Of a DNA stretch of 64,000 bases, positions 34,447 through 44,767 are shown piece after piece; the stretch's first letter is position 1; each line of letters starts with the position of its first letter. The DNA comes from an uncultured Chloroflexia bacterium (lineage in GTDB: Bacteria > Chloroflexota > Limnocylindria > Limnocylindrales > CSP1-4). The notes beneath the pieces were generated by a model that was not told the origin of the DNA, ran no database searches, and saw only the letters and a list, made by a program, of their open reading frames with translations. A program made the translations under genes and the position numbers. The DNA lies in contig CAVVNQ010000011.1 in NCBI GenBank assembly GCA_963749705.1, positions 1-64,000 of the forward strand. The letters are read 5' to 3'.

Positions 34447-35864
34447 CCGCGTTCCTCCGGCACGACCGCGGCGGGTGCGACGTTGTGGTTGACGTGGAAC
34501 GCGTTGTCGGGATCCCAGCTCCGCTTCAGCTCCGCGAGTCGACCGAGCTTCGCGTCACCGTAGATCAGGCGCGTGTGCTCGGGACCGGCGTCCGAGACCT
34601 CGTTGGCGTAGCGGCCGAGCGTTGCATCGGGCTCGACCACCGCCATCACCCGCCGGACCCACGCGCGATTCGCATCGTCGAGCGCCGGGTCCCTCCAGGA
34701 AGCGTCCGCGCTGAGGTCGAACACGGCCGCGCGACCCGCGTAGGCGGTCCCCTCCTCCGGGACCCGGCCGATCGCGCCACCAAGGGCCGTGATCGAGAAC
34801 GAGCCGTCGCCCGGGGCATCCGCCACCAGCTCCACCAGCTCATCGAGCGCCGCCGGCCGGATCCCGTCCGCGTTGCAGCCATCGATGAACGACCGATTCC
34901 CCCACGCGAACACGAGGTCGTGCGAGGTCTGGACCTCGAGGTACGGCTGGCTGCCGAGGGTGGAGGTGGCCGGCCTGGGGCCCGCGCGGAGTCCGGCGGT
35001 GTCCCGCTCGACGGCGTCTGCGGCGCCGCTGTGGTTGTAGGCGATGAACACGATCGGGCGGCCCCGGAGCTCCTCCGGATAGCCGTCGTCCGAACCCGCT
35101 CGGTCGATCCCGAAGATCACCGACACCGCGTCGGGCGCGTTCAATGCGTAGTCGCGGAACACCTCCCACACCTCGTGGACCTCGGTAGCCGGAAACACGA
35201 GGACGCCGCGATGGAGGTCGGGCCCGAACGGCTGGAGCCGGAGCTCGAAGGCGGTCGCGATCCCGAAGTTCCAGCCAGCGCCGCGCAGGCCCCAGAACAG
35301 GTCGGGCTCCTCCGTGTCCGAGGCGCGCACCAGCCGGCCATCGGCCGTGACCAGCTCGACGGCGGCGAGGTTGTCGATGGTCAGCCCGAAGTGGCGCTGC
35401 AACCGGCCGACGCCCCCGCCCAGCGTGAGCCCCGCGACCCCGGTGTGGCCGACGACGCCGACCGGGCACACGAGCCCGTGCGCCTGCGCCGCCACGTCGA
35501 GCTCGCCCAGGAGCGCTCCGCCGTTCGCCCGGGCGGTGCGAGATCGCGCGTCCACCTCCACGCCACGCATGGCCGACATGTCCACGACCAGGCCCCCTTC
35601 GCGGCCCGTGAACGCGGCCAGGCTGTGCCCGCCGGACCTGACCGCGATCTCGAGGCCCTCATCGCGACCGAAGCGAACCGCGGTCGCCACCTCCGTGGCG
35701 CTCGTCGGCCGGACGATGACCCCGGGCCGCCGATCGTGGAGCGCGTTCCACAGGCGTCTGGCGTCGTCGTACGCCGCGTCGGACGGCGTGACGATGTCGC
35801 CCCGGAACGAGCGGCGCAGCCGGTCGATCTCGCGGGCACCGAGCGGAGAGAACGCATCGACCAT
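34443..35864 (-). CDS. FAD-binding oxidoreductase (berberine bridge enzyme-like)
   Basis: VRSGGHS, GLTLGGG, LFWGLRGAG, NFGI, YAN, KRSWDPDNAF. Confidence 0.92.
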   Translation of the reverse strand: MVDAFSPLGAREIDRLRRSFRGDIVTPSDAAYDDARRLWNALHDRRPGVIVRPTSATEVATAVRFGRDEGLEIAVRSGGHSLAAFTGREGGLVVDMSAMRGVEVDARSRTARANGGALLGELDVAAQAHGLVCPVGVVGHTGVAGLTLGGGVGRLQRHFGLTIDNLAAVELVTADGRLVRASDTEEPDLFWGLRGAGWNFGIATAFELRLQPFGPDLHRGVLVFPATEVHEVWEVFRDYALNAPDAVSVIFGIDRAGSDDGYPEELRGRPIVFIAYNHSGAADAVERDTAGLRAGPRPATSTLGSQPYLEVQTSHDLVFAWGNRSFIDGCNADGIRPAALDELVELVADAPGDGSFSITALGGAIGRVPEEGTAYAGRAAVFDLSADASWRDPALDDANRAWVRRVMAVVEPDATLGRYANEVSDAGPEHTRLIYGDAKLGRLAELKRSWDPDNAFHVNHNVAPAAVVPEERG

Positions 35865-36160
35865 CCGTTGAGGCTCCCTGCTGAGGACTCGATGTCGGCG
35901 TCGCGGCGGAGGTTCCGCCGGCTTTCGAAGTTTCGCCGGAGGTTGCGCCCGGCGCCGGCGCGATTGTGACCGACGACGAGGCGTTCGCGGGAGGTGGTGT
36001 CCCGCGCGTCGCCGTTGCTGCACCGCGTCGGGCCCGGGACCGTCGCCGGGCACGAGCGGGAGGATCCCGGGTACCCGTCAGCCTTCCGGGGTGGACGCCC
36101 GCGGATACGCTTGTGCCTGTCACGCCGAACCTCGGCCGTCCCCCACGCTGGTGAAGGATC

Positions 36161-37210
36161 GTGATCGCCCACAACCCGACATTCGACCCTGACGTCGCCG
36201 TCCGCGCCGCGGAGCTGCCGGGCATCCACGTCGACGGGCTGGTCAAGCGCTATCGCAAGGCCGACCGGAACGCCGTGGACGGCGTCGCCTTCGACGTCGC
36301 CGTGGGCGAGTTCTTCGCCCTGCTCGGGCCGAACGGCGCCGGCAAGACGACGACCCTGTCCATCCTGACCACGACCCTCGCGCCCACCTCCGGACGTGCG
36401 CTGGTCGATGGGCTGGACGTGGTCGCGGACGCGGCCGCCGTACGCCAGCGAGTGGGGATCATCTTCCAGAAGCCGAGCCTCGACCGGAACCTGACCGGCG
36501 AGGAGAACGTGCGCTTCCACGCGATCCTCTACGGGCTCTACCCGTACGCACCCGCCTACCGCCTGATGCCGTCCGCGTATCGCCGCCAGATCGATGACTG
36601 GGCCCAGCTGCTCGACATCGGACGGGACATCTTCCGGCCCGTCCGGACGTACTCGGGCGGGATGATCCGGAAGCTGGAGATCGTGCGCAGCCTCGTCCAT
36701 CGACCGCGGGTGCTGTTCCTCGACGAGCCGACCACCGGGCTCGACGCACCCAGCCGGCGCGCCCTGTGGAGCTACCTGCGGACCGTCCGCGCGGAGCACG
36801 GGACGACGATCGTGCTCACGTCCCACTATCTCGAGGAAGCCGAGCAGGCCGACCGGATCTGCGTCATCGATGCCGGCCGGATCGTCGCCATGGGCTCGCC
36901 CGCCGAGCTCACGGCGTCGCTCGCGAACGAGTACCTCCTGGTCGACGCCGACGATCGCCGCGGCCTGCGCGACGAGCTTGCGCAACTGGGGCACGCACCG
37001 TCCGGAGACGGTCCGTTCCGGATCGCCGTTGGCGCGCGCGAGGCGCACGGGGTCCTGCGATCCATCGACACGCCGCTGACCTCGATCCGGACCCACGCTC
37101 CGTCGCTCGAGGACGCGTACCTCGAGATCGTCAGCCGCGCGGAGCTGGGCCGCGAGGGCCTGGGCGAGGCACCGGTCGCGGCGTCGAATGGCGGGTCCGC
37201 CGATGGCTGA
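36161..37210 (+). CDS. ABC transporter ATP-binding protein (DrrA-like)
   Basis: GPNGAGKTT, YSGGM, LFLDEPTTGLD, TSHYLEEA. Confidence 0.93.
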   Translation: MIAHNPTFDPDVAVRAAELPGIHVDGLVKRYRKADRNAVDGVAFDVAVGEFFALLGPNGAGKTTTLSILTTTLAPTSGRALVDGLDVVADAAAVRQRVGIIFQKPSLDRNLTGEENVRFHAILYGLYPYAPAYRLMPSAYRRQIDDWAQLLDIGRDIFRPVRTYSGGMIRKLEIVRSLVHRPRVLFLDEPTTGLDAPSRRALWSYLRTVRAEHGTTIVLTSHYLEEAEQADRICVIDAGRIVAMGSPAELTASLANEYLLVDADDRRGLRDELAQLGHAPSGDGPFRIAVGAREAHGVLRSIDTPLTSIRTHAPSLEDAYLEIVSRAELGREGLGEAPVAASNGGSADG

Positions 37211-38048
37211 GACGGCGCTTGCCCGCGATGCCGCGGCGCGCGTGGACACGCCGGCTCCCCGTCGGCTGCGATCGGAGCTGTCGGCGATCGCGGTGATCGC
37301 GCACCGCGACTTCGTGAAGCTGCTCCGCGACCGGCTCCGGCTGTTCTCGGAGCTCGCCTTCCCGCTGGTGCTGATCCTGCTGCTCGGGCCGGCGCTCCAG
37401 TCCGGGTTCGTGGCACCCGGCGGGCTCGACCTGACCTCGTTCGTGTTCAGCGGGGTGCTCGCCCAGACGATCTGGCAGTCGTCGGTGCTGGGACTGGTGT
37501 CCCTGATCGCGGACCGCGAGGAGGACTTCAGCCAGGAGATCTTCGTGTCGCCGGTGTCGCGGTACTCGATCGTGGCGGGCAAGATCATCGGCGAGTCGCT
37601 GGTGGCGCTCCCCACCGGCCTCGGGATCGTGATCGTCGGCCTCCTGATCGGGGTGCCGCTGTCGCCGCTGGTGCTGGTGGCATTGATCCCGGTCGCGCTC
37701 CTGGTCGCCCTGTTCGGCGGTGCGTTCGGGCTGCTGATCCTGTCGAACATCTCGAGCCAGCGCACGGCGAACCAGATCTTCCCGTTCGTCCTGCTGCCGC
37801 AGTTCTTCCTGGCCGGCGTGTTCAACCCCATCCACGAGCTGCCGACGCCGCTCGCGATCCTGTCGGCCCTGTCGCCGCTCCGCTATGCGGTGGAGCTGAC
37901 GCGGAACGTGATGTACGGCCTCCAGCCGGACATCCCGGCGCCTGACGCCACGCCCTTGGCGATCAACGCAGCCGTCATGGCCGGGCTGTTCCTCGTGTTC
38001 CTGGTCGTCGGCACGTTCCTGTTCGTCCGCGCCGAGCGCAACCGCTGA
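37203..38048 (+). CDS. ABC-2 transporter permease (DrrB-like)
   Basis: About six TM segments, DREEDF, SPVSR, PLRYAV. Confidence 0.9.
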   Translation: MAETALARDAAARVDTPAPRRLRSELSAIAVIAHRDFVKLLRDRLRLFSELAFPLVLILLLGPALQSGFVAPGGLDLTSFVFSGVLAQTIWQSSVLGLVSLIADREEDFSQEIFVSPVSRYSIVAGKIIGESLVALPTGLGIVIVGLLIGVPLSPLVLVALIPVALLVALFGGAFGLLILSNISSQRTANQIFPFVLLPQFFLAGVFNPIHELPTPLAILSALSPLRYAVELTRNVMYGLQPDIPAPDATPLAINAAVMAGLFLVFLVVGTFLFVRAERNR

Positions 38049-38128
38049 GGCCGGTCACTGGCGCTCGAGCAGACAGCCGCGACCCGCGGTGTGGCCGCCG
38101 GGCGACAGGCGAGACCGCATCGACGCGC

Positions 38129-40141
38129 TTACCCGCGCTTGGCCAGCGACGCAAGCCACGCATCGCGGTCGAGCGGGCTGGGACCCGACCGCTCGCGCGT
38201 TGGCGGGTTCTCGCCCACCGGCTGGAAGCCGTCGGGCCGCGTCTCCAGGATCCCCTCCCCCATCGACAGGCCGGGCAGCCGGCTCTGGAGGGTGCGCACG
38301 CCCGCAACGGGCATCACGGCATCGACCTTCGACACGCCATTCGCCGAGAACTGGCCGCGAACCCGACCGCCGAGCCGGCCGAGCATCGCGAGCACCCCGG
38401 GGGCGGTCGACGACGGGATCTCGAGCGCGAGGTCCGCCAGCGGTTCGCACACCCAGGTCCCGGCGCGCTCGAGCGCAGTGGCGAGGACGAGCTGGGTGAG
38501 GCGCCGGAAGTCGGCCGGCGACGTGACCGGTGACATGTAGCCGCTGTCGGTCATGGTGACCCGACAGTCGGTCACCTGCCAGCCGGCCAGGCCCTCGGCG
38601 AGCGCCTCACGGACGTATGCCGCCATCTGCGTGACGAAGGTCTCGACCGTGTGGAACAGGTAGAGCGGAACAAGGCGCGGCTCGACGGTGGCACGGAACT
38701 CGACCCCCGATCCCGGCGCCGCCGGCTCGATGCGCAGCGCAAGCGTGGCCGGGAACGGGTTGGTGCTCAGCGGTGAGCTTCGGCCGGTGATGTTCGTGTG
38801 CGTCTTCGCGTAGATGACCTCGTCGGCTTCCCCGACACCCGCGAGGCGCTCGATGCAGACCGTCGTCGTCTCGCGGAACTCGGCGGCGATGCCGTACTCG
38901 CGCGCCAGCGTTGCCCCGATGACCTCCTTCTGGACCTCGCCGTAGAGCGACACCGAGATCTCGTGCCGGTGGTCGTCCTGGCGGACGTCGATCAGCGGAT
39001 CCTGATCGGCGAGCTGCGCCAGGGCCGCGCGGAGGCTGCCTGCCTGGTCCGCCCGGATCGGGTACACGACGGCCTCCATGGCCGGCCTCGGGAAGCGCGT
39101 GCTGACGTCCTCGCCGGGCGGCGGCGTGCCGATCGCGTCGCCGACCCGGACCGTACCCAGGCCGCGGACCGCCGCCATCTCACCCGCCACCAGCACATCG
39201 CGCCGCGGGGCACCGACGGGGGCGAACACCCTGATCGAGGAGGGCTTCGCCTCGTCTCCGCCCCCGACGCGCACCCGCTTTCGCGGTCGGAGCGTGCCCG
39301 CGAACAGGCGGACGTAGGCAACGCGCTCGCCGGAGGCCGTTCGCTCGATCTTGAACACCCGGCCCGACACGTCGGCGGCCAGGTCACCGCCGTCGCCGGG
39401 GAGCAGCTCGTCCACCCCGGCGAGCAGGTCGTCGATCCCGACGCCCAGCACCGCCGATCCGAAGTACACCGGATGGACGTGGCCGCGCCGGGTCTGCGCG
39501 GCAAGCTGCGTGCGCAGGCGGGATGCCGACAGCGCGGCCTCGTCGCGGACATACGCGTGGAGGATCCCCTCGTCGTGCTCGGCCAGGATCTCCGCGACCC
39601 GCGCGATGTGGTCCGGGTCATCCGGTGCAAACGGGACGAACCGGGCCAGCCGGGAGCCGCCGCCCTGGACGATGCCCATCGGCACCATGCCGGGCGACAA
39701 CCGGCGGGCCATCGTCTCGACGACCCGGCCAGGGTCTGCGCCCGCACGGTCGATCTTGTTGACGAAGATCAGGGTCGGGACGTGGAGCCGCTGGAGCGCC
39801 CGGAACAGCAACGGTGTCTGCGGCTGGACGCCCTCGACCGCCGACACGACGAGCACTGCGCCGTCGAGGACGCCCAGGACCCGCTCGACCTCCGCGATGA
39901 AGTCGGGGTGACCGGGCGTGTCGACGAGGTTGACGGACAGGTCGCCGACCAGGAACGAGGCGACCGCGGACCGGATCGTGATCCCGCGTTCACGCTCGAG
40001 GTCGAGCGAGTCGGTCTGGGTGGTGCCGGCGTCGACGCTGCCGGCGCGATCGATGGCGCCGGCCGTGAACAGCAGGCGCTCGGTGAGGGTGGTCTTACCG
40101 GCGTCGACGTGTGCGAGGATGCCGAGGTTGAGCGTGCGCAT
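38129..40141 (-). CDS. TetM/TetO/OtrA-like ribosomal protection GTPase
   Basis: NLGILAHVDAGKTTLTERLL, RGITIR, DTPGHPDF, NKID, LYGEVQKEV, SPADFR. Confidence 0.88.
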   Translation of the reverse strand: MRTLNLGILAHVDAGKTTLTERLLFTAGAIDRAGSVDAGTTQTDSLDLERERGITIRSAVASFLVGDLSVNLVDTPGHPDFIAEVERVLGVLDGAVLVVSAVEGVQPQTPLLFRALQRLHVPTLIFVNKIDRAGADPGRVVETMARRLSPGMVPMGIVQGGGSRLARFVPFAPDDPDHIARVAEILAEHDEGILHAYVRDEAALSASRLRTQLAAQTRRGHVHPVYFGSAVLGVGIDDLLAGVDELLPGDGGDLAADVSGRVFKIERTASGERVAYVRLFAGTLRPRKRVRVGGGDEAKPSSIRVFAPVGAPRRDVLVAGEMAAVRGLGTVRVGDAIGTPPPGEDVSTRFPRPAMEAVVYPIRADQAGSLRAALAQLADQDPLIDVRQDDHRHEISVSLYGEVQKEVIGATLAREYGIAAEFRETTTVCIERLAGVGEADEVIYAKTHTNITGRSSPLSTNPFPATLALRIEPAAPGSGVEFRATVEPRLVPLYLFHTVETFVTQMAAYVREALAEGLAGWQVTDCRVTMTDSGYMSPVTSPADFRRLTQLVLATALERAGTWVCEPLADLALEIPSSTAPGVLAMLGRLGGRVRGQFSANGVSKVDAVMPVAGVRTLQSRLPGLSMGEGILETRPDGFQPVGENPPTRERSGPSPLDRDAWLASLAKRG

Positions 40142-40212
40142 GGGACCTCATGCCTTCCGAGGAGGTGATCACCTTCTGGCTGGACATGGGTGCTCCCATC
40201 TCGCTCCTTCCC
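40095..40212 (-). promoter_or_regulatory. Candidate translational attenuator (uORF with SD, plus anti-SD hairpin)
   Basis: GAAGGAG SD, uORF 40199..40095 (34 aa) overlapping the GTPase start; GATCACCTCCT at 40170..40160. Confidence 0.5.
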
Positions 40213-40270
40213 TTCGGTACATCGCTGCCGTTGCCTGACCCGACTTTCGCATCCCGGGTCAAGCGGGCCC

Positions 40271-40296
40271 GCCCGTAGGGGCTAACCCCAACGGGC
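40271..40296 (-). terminator. Stem-loop downstream of the serine hydrolase
   Basis: GCCCGTAGGGG-CTAA-CCCCAACGGGC. Confidence 0.4.
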
Positions 40297-40309
40297 GCGG
40301 CGCGCGGGT

Positions 40310-41374
40310 TCAGTCGAATGCGCCTGCCATCACCAGGTCATGGACCATGTCGATGGGCTCCCACGCGCCGTCCTCGAGGTTGGACAGGACCACCGCGGTC
40401 AGGTCTCGGCCGGGATAGTGGCGGACCATGCCGCTGACGCCCGCGTTGATGCCCTCCTTTTCGAGGAACAGCACCGATCCGTCGGGTTCGACCCGGAACC
40501 ACGGCCCGTACCCGAACCGTTGCGTCCAGCCGTCACGCACTCGGTAGTCGACCTGGGGCGTGAGGAAGGCGACGGTCATCTCGGCCGAGAGGAGCCGGCC
40601 ATCGACGACGGCCCGGATAAACCGTTCGAGGTCGGACGCCGTGACGATCGCCCCGCCGTCGGGCGAGCCGATCGGCGGGAAGGAATAGATGTTGCGCCGC
40701 CAACCCTGCGCGGCGCCCGCGTCGTCGCGGATCGGATCGGCGCCCTCGGCGATGCGCTCGTTGACGTGGTCCATGCGGAAGAACCCGGCGTCCGCCATGT
40801 CGGCCCGGCCGAACACGTCCTGTTGGACGACGGCACGGTACGTCAGCCCGGTGGCCTTCTCGATCATCAGCCCGAGCAGCACGTACCCGCAGTTGTTGTA
40901 GCGACAGCCCATGCCGGGCGAGAAGTTGGGTGGGCGATGGACGAACTGCGGCAGGAAGTCCGCTGTCTCGCGGATCGCGTAGTTCGGGCGATCCCGGAAC
41001 AGGTCCTCATACAATTCGCCGGCCTCCTCGTCCGCGTCGTCGCCGATCCCGGACGTGTGCGTCAGGAGGTGTCGGACCGTCACCTCCGGGGCGATCGCGG
41101 TTCCCTCGAGCCCGAGATACCCCGTCGCGCTCGCATCCAGCGAGAACGACCCGGCATCGACCTGCTGGAGCGCCGCGACCGCCGTGAACAGCTTGGTGAT
41201 CGACGCCGTGTCGAACCGGGTCTCGAGCGTGTTCGGGATGCGCCATGCCCGGCTCGCCCACCCGTACGCACCGGCGAAACGATCCACACCGGACACGGTG
41301 ATGCGGACGACGCCCGAGAACTCGTCGGCGGCGGTCAGGTCGCGGAGATACCCGTCGAGGTCAGTCGTGGCCAT
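40310..41374 (-). CDS. Serine hydrolase, beta-lactamase/AmpC-like family
   Basis: ASITK (SxxK), LLTHTSG, YNN (YxN). Confidence 0.9.
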   Translation of the reverse strand: MATTDLDGYLRDLTAADEFSGVVRITVSGVDRFAGAYGWASRAWRIPNTLETRFDTASITKLFTAVAALQQVDAGSFSLDASATGYLGLEGTAIAPEVTVRHLLTHTSGIGDDADEEAGELYEDLFRDRPNYAIRETADFLPQFVHRPPNFSPGMGCRYNNCGYVLLGLMIEKATGLTYRAVVQQDVFGRADMADAGFFRMDHVNERIAEGADPIRDDAGAAQGWRRNIYSFPPIGSPDGGAIVTASDLERFIRAVVDGRLLSAEMTVAFLTPQVDYRVRDGWTQRFGYGPWFRVEPDGSVLFLEKEGINAGVSGMVRHYPGRDLTAVVLSNLEDGAWEPIDMVHDLVMAGAFD

Positions 41375-41500
41375 CGGCGCGAGTGTTCCATAGCGGGCTG
41401 AGGCGGGCAATGTGGATGGCGTGGCGACAAAGGTTGAACCCCGCGGGAAACTCAGGACTCATACGGTCATGGCTACCAACTCGACGAGCCCGGGGACCTG

Positions 41501-42046
41501 ATGGAGCGGACCCTCGTGGCCAGGGCACAGCGCGGCGATGAGCATGCATTCGCCGAGCTCGCCTTCGCCATCGGCGATCGGCTCTACGCGGTTGCGCACC
41601 GGATCCTGCGTGACACCGACCTCGCCGAGGACGCCACCCAGCAGGCGATCGTCACCATCTGGCGGGAGCTGCCGGCCCTTCGGGACACGGACCGCTTCAT
41701 GGCCTGGGCGTACCGGCTGCTGGTCAACGCCTGCTACCGCGAGACCCGACGGTCCCGGCGGTTCCAGGCGGTCGTCCACCTCATCCACTCGGGCACGATT
41801 GCCGATGACCCTGCGTCTGCTGTCGCGAACCGGGACGAGCTGGAGCGAGCGTTCCGGCGCCTGTCGCCGGAGCACCGCACCGTGCTTGTGCTCCAGTACC
41901 ACCTGGGCTACTCGCTGGAGCAGATCGCAGACACCCTCGGGATCCCGGCCGGGACCGTCCGGTCGAGGATCCACCACGCGAAGCGACACATGCGCGCGGC
42001 GATCGACGCCGACGCGCGCCAGGCGGCCGGAGGCCGATCGGCATGA
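41501..42046 (+). CDS. ECF RNA polymerase sigma factor
   Basis: AEDATQQA, AWAYRLLVNAC, GIPAGTVRSRIH; GAACC promoter-like motif near 41436. Confidence 0.92.
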   Translation: MERTLVARAQRGDEHAFAELAFAIGDRLYAVAHRILRDTDLAEDATQQAIVTIWRELPALRDTDRFMAWAYRLLVNACYRETRRSRRFQAVVHLIHSGTIADDPASAVANRDELERAFRRLSPEHRTVLVLQYHLGYSLEQIADTLGIPAGTVRSRIHHAKRHMRAAIDADARQAAGGRSA

Positions 42047-42891
42047 GCGAACACGAGTTCGACCGCGTCCTCTCCTCCGTCGTCGATGACGGCCCGACCG
42101 AGGTACCCGATCGGGTCATCGAGGCCGCCCTGGCGACGATCCCCACAACCCTCCAGCGCGGCCCGGCTGCGCTCTCCTGGAGACGTCCCATGTTCAAACC
42201 GCTCGCCGCCGTCCTCGTGTCGGCCGCCATGCTCGCCGTTGCCGTCATCTACATCCAGCTGGGACCGAGAGGCAACGTTGCGACTCCGCCCAGCCCGTCC
42301 CCGACCCCGACGTCCTCGCCCACGGCGCCGACGTCGGCCATTGGCCCATACACGACCTCCACGTTCAGCCTGCCGATCACATTCCCGCTGCGCCAAGGTG
42401 GGGCTACCGGTTACCACGTCAAGGAGACGGCGACGGCCGTGACGATCATCCCGCCCGGGACAACGAGCGAACGGCTCGTGCTCATGCCACTCGATGGCAC
42501 GCGGGTCATCGGTGCGGCCGGGGCTGACGGTGCCGCGTTGCCTGACACGATCGTCCAGCTGCTCGACGAGCGCGCCGGGTTCATGGCGTCACGGCTCAAG
42601 GCGTTCGACGGCGATCGTGCCGCTTCGTATCCCTTCGCAGGCGTCGACGCGCCCGTTGTCGCGGTCGAAACCGACCCCCGAGAAGCGGTGCCGAATTCGC
42701 CAGTGCTGCGAACGGCTGCAGGGGCGACGGTCGACGTCGCCGACGTGCCGTCGACGATGTGGATCCTGCCGGCCGTCGGCTCGAACGCCGGTGACCTGAT
42801 CGCCGTCTACTACGGCTCGACCGGGGACTTTGGCAACTACGGGGCGACCCTGCTGACGCTGCTCGCGGAGATTCAGCCCGTCGGCAGCTGA
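42043..42891 (+). CDS. Single-TM putative anti-sigma factor with unrecognised extracytoplasmic domain
   Basis: ATGA overlap; FDRVL...GPTEVPDRV N-terminus, TM segment, PSPSPTPT linker. Confidence 0.7.
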   Translation: MSEHEFDRVLSSVVDDGPTEVPDRVIEAALATIPTTLQRGPAALSWRRPMFKPLAAVLVSAAMLAVAVIYIQLGPRGNVATPPSPSPTPTSSPTAPTSAIGPYTTSTFSLPITFPLRQGGATGYHVKETATAVTIIPPGTTSERLVLMPLDGTRVIGAAGADGAALPDTIVQLLDERAGFMASRLKAFDGDRAASYPFAGVDAPVVAVETDPREAVPNSPVLRTAAGATVDVADVPSTMWILPAVGSNAGDLIAVYYGSTGDFGNYGATLLTLLAEIQPVGS

Positions 42892-42974
42892 CGCACGACG
42901 AGCGGAGACGAAACGCGTCGCGGACCAAGCGCGTCGCGGACCCGGTTGCCTCGATGCCGCGATCTCAGGGCGGG

Positions 42975-44675
42975 CTACGCGCGCGGGTCCAGCGCTCCAA
43001 GCCGCTCGGTGAGTCGGAGATTCTCGCGATAGTCGATCGGCACCTCGACCAGCGCCGGGCCCTCGACAGCGAGGGCTTCGGCAAGCGAGGCCGCCAGCCC
43101 CGCCGATGAGTCCGGCCGGAACGCGGGGATCCCGAACGAGCCCGCCAGGGCCACGAAGTCCGGGTTGCCGAACGTGACCCCGAACCGGCGCCCGAACTCG
43201 TTGCGCTGCTTCCAGTCGATCAGCCCGTACCCGTCGTCGCGCCACACGACGACCGTGACCCTTGCCCGCAGCCGGACGGCGGTCTCGAGCTCCTGGACGT
43301 TCATCAGCAGGCCACCGTCCCCGCACAGCGCGACGACCCGTCGATCCGGGTGCACGAGCGCCGCCGCGATGGCGCCCGGCAGCGCGATCCCCATCGACGC
43401 GAAGCCGTTGCTGATGATCACGGTGTTGGGCTCATACGCCTGGTACAACCGCGCGACCCAGATCTTGTGCGCGCCCACGTCCGAGACCACGATGTCATGC
43501 GAACCGAGCGCGCGGCGCAGGTCGAGGATCGCCTTCTGCGGCTTCACCGTCGCCGAATCGTCGTGCTCGAACGTGCCGAGCTCCTGGAGCAGATGCTGCC
43601 GAAGGTCGGCGTCGATCAGCGTCCCCTGCGACGCATGCCGCATGGCGCCGCTTCGTCCGCTGATCCCCTGGGGCTCGACGGCCTCGAGCAGGCGGCGGAG
43701 CGATCCCTCGATGTCGCCGATCAGCTCCACCGACGGCCGGTACGACGCGTCGACCTCGGCAGGTTGAGTGTCGATATGGAGGATCTGTTTGGTGCCGTCC
43801 GGGTTCCAGCGGGAGGGACCGTACTCGACGAGGTCATAGCCGACGCAGATCACGAGGTCCGCGCGATCGAACCCCGACAGGACGTGGTCGCGCGCCTGGA
43901 GGCCCACGGCCATGAGCGAGAGGTGGGATCGGTCATCCATCGCGCCCTTGCCCATGAACGTCTCGGCGACCGGCACGTGCAGGCGTTCCGCGAAGGCCCG
44001 AAGGGCGTCGGAGGCCCGGCGCCGGAGGACGCCGTTCCCGGCCAGGACGATCGGGCGCGACGAGGATGCGATGAGCGCCGCGGCGTGGGCGATCGCCTCA
44101 TCGGTCGGCTCCGGAAAGTAGGCACGCGACGGGGTCAGCGGCTGGAGCCCCGGATCCACACGCGACGCCGCGATGTCCTCCGGGATCTCGACATGGGTTG
44201 GGCCCGGCTTCTCGAGGCGCGCGATCCGGAACGCCCTCGCGACGGTCTCCGGGATCGCATCGGCGCGCCCGATCCGGGTCGTCCACTTGGTCACCGGCTC
44301 GAGCATCCGCGGGATGTCGACCAGCTGGTGCGATTCCTTGTGGAGCTTGTCCGAGCCGGTCTGGCCCGTGAGCGCGACCATCGGAGCACGGTCGAGGTAT
44401 GCGTCCGCGATCCCGGTGACGAGGTTGGTGGCCCCCGGCCCGAGGGTGGCCATCGCGACCGCGCACTGCCCGGTCAGCCGCCCGTAGACGTCCGCCATGA
44501 ACGCGGCGCCCTGCTCGTGTCGCGTCGTGACGTGGCGCACCCGCTCGTCGTCCGCGAGGGCGTCGAGGATGTCCATCGTCTCCTCGCCGGGCACGGAGAA
44601 CACCCACTCGCAGCCCTCGGCCGCGAGACAGTCGACGAGGAGGCGCGATGCGGTGGGTCGCGAGTCGGGCGTCAT
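42975..44675 (-). CDS. Acetolactate synthase large subunit-like ThDP enzyme
   Basis: RHEQGAAFMA, TLGPGATN, GDGG ThDP motif; no small subunit adjacent. Confidence 0.92.
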   Translation of the reverse strand: MTPDSRPTASRLLVDCLAAEGCEWVFSVPGEETMDILDALADDERVRHVTTRHEQGAAFMADVYGRLTGQCAVAMATLGPGATNLVTGIADAYLDRAPMVALTGQTGSDKLHKESHQLVDIPRMLEPVTKWTTRIGRADAIPETVARAFRIARLEKPGPTHVEIPEDIAASRVDPGLQPLTPSRAYFPEPTDEAIAHAAALIASSSRPIVLAGNGVLRRRASDALRAFAERLHVPVAETFMGKGAMDDRSHLSLMAVGLQARDHVLSGFDRADLVICVGYDLVEYGPSRWNPDGTKQILHIDTQPAEVDASYRPSVELIGDIEGSLRRLLEAVEPQGISGRSGAMRHASQGTLIDADLRQHLLQELGTFEHDDSATVKPQKAILDLRRALGSHDIVVSDVGAHKIWVARLYQAYEPNTVIISNGFASMGIALPGAIAAALVHPDRRVVALCGDGGLLMNVQELETAVRLRARVTVVVWRDDGYGLIDWKQRNEFGRRFGVTFGNPDFVALAGSFGIPAFRPDSSAGLAASLAEALAVEGPALVEVPIDYRENLRLTERLGALDPRA

Positions 44676-44767
44676 CGCGTTCAGTCTAGGCGCAGGGCCG
44701 GATCACGGGCCGACTGGCGGTAAGATCGGGTCACCACGCCGCGGTGCGTGCCAGGAGCCAACGAGCC

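Noticed and set aside
16926-35864. Secondary-metabolite biosynthetic cluster implied by SARP, BBE-like oxidase and ABC exporters
   Set aside because: No PKS, NRPS, RiPP precursor/maturase or terpene synthase visible
40160-40170. 16S rRNA 3' end sequence
   Set aside because: Only 11 nt match with no other rRNA sequence; treated as a leader element
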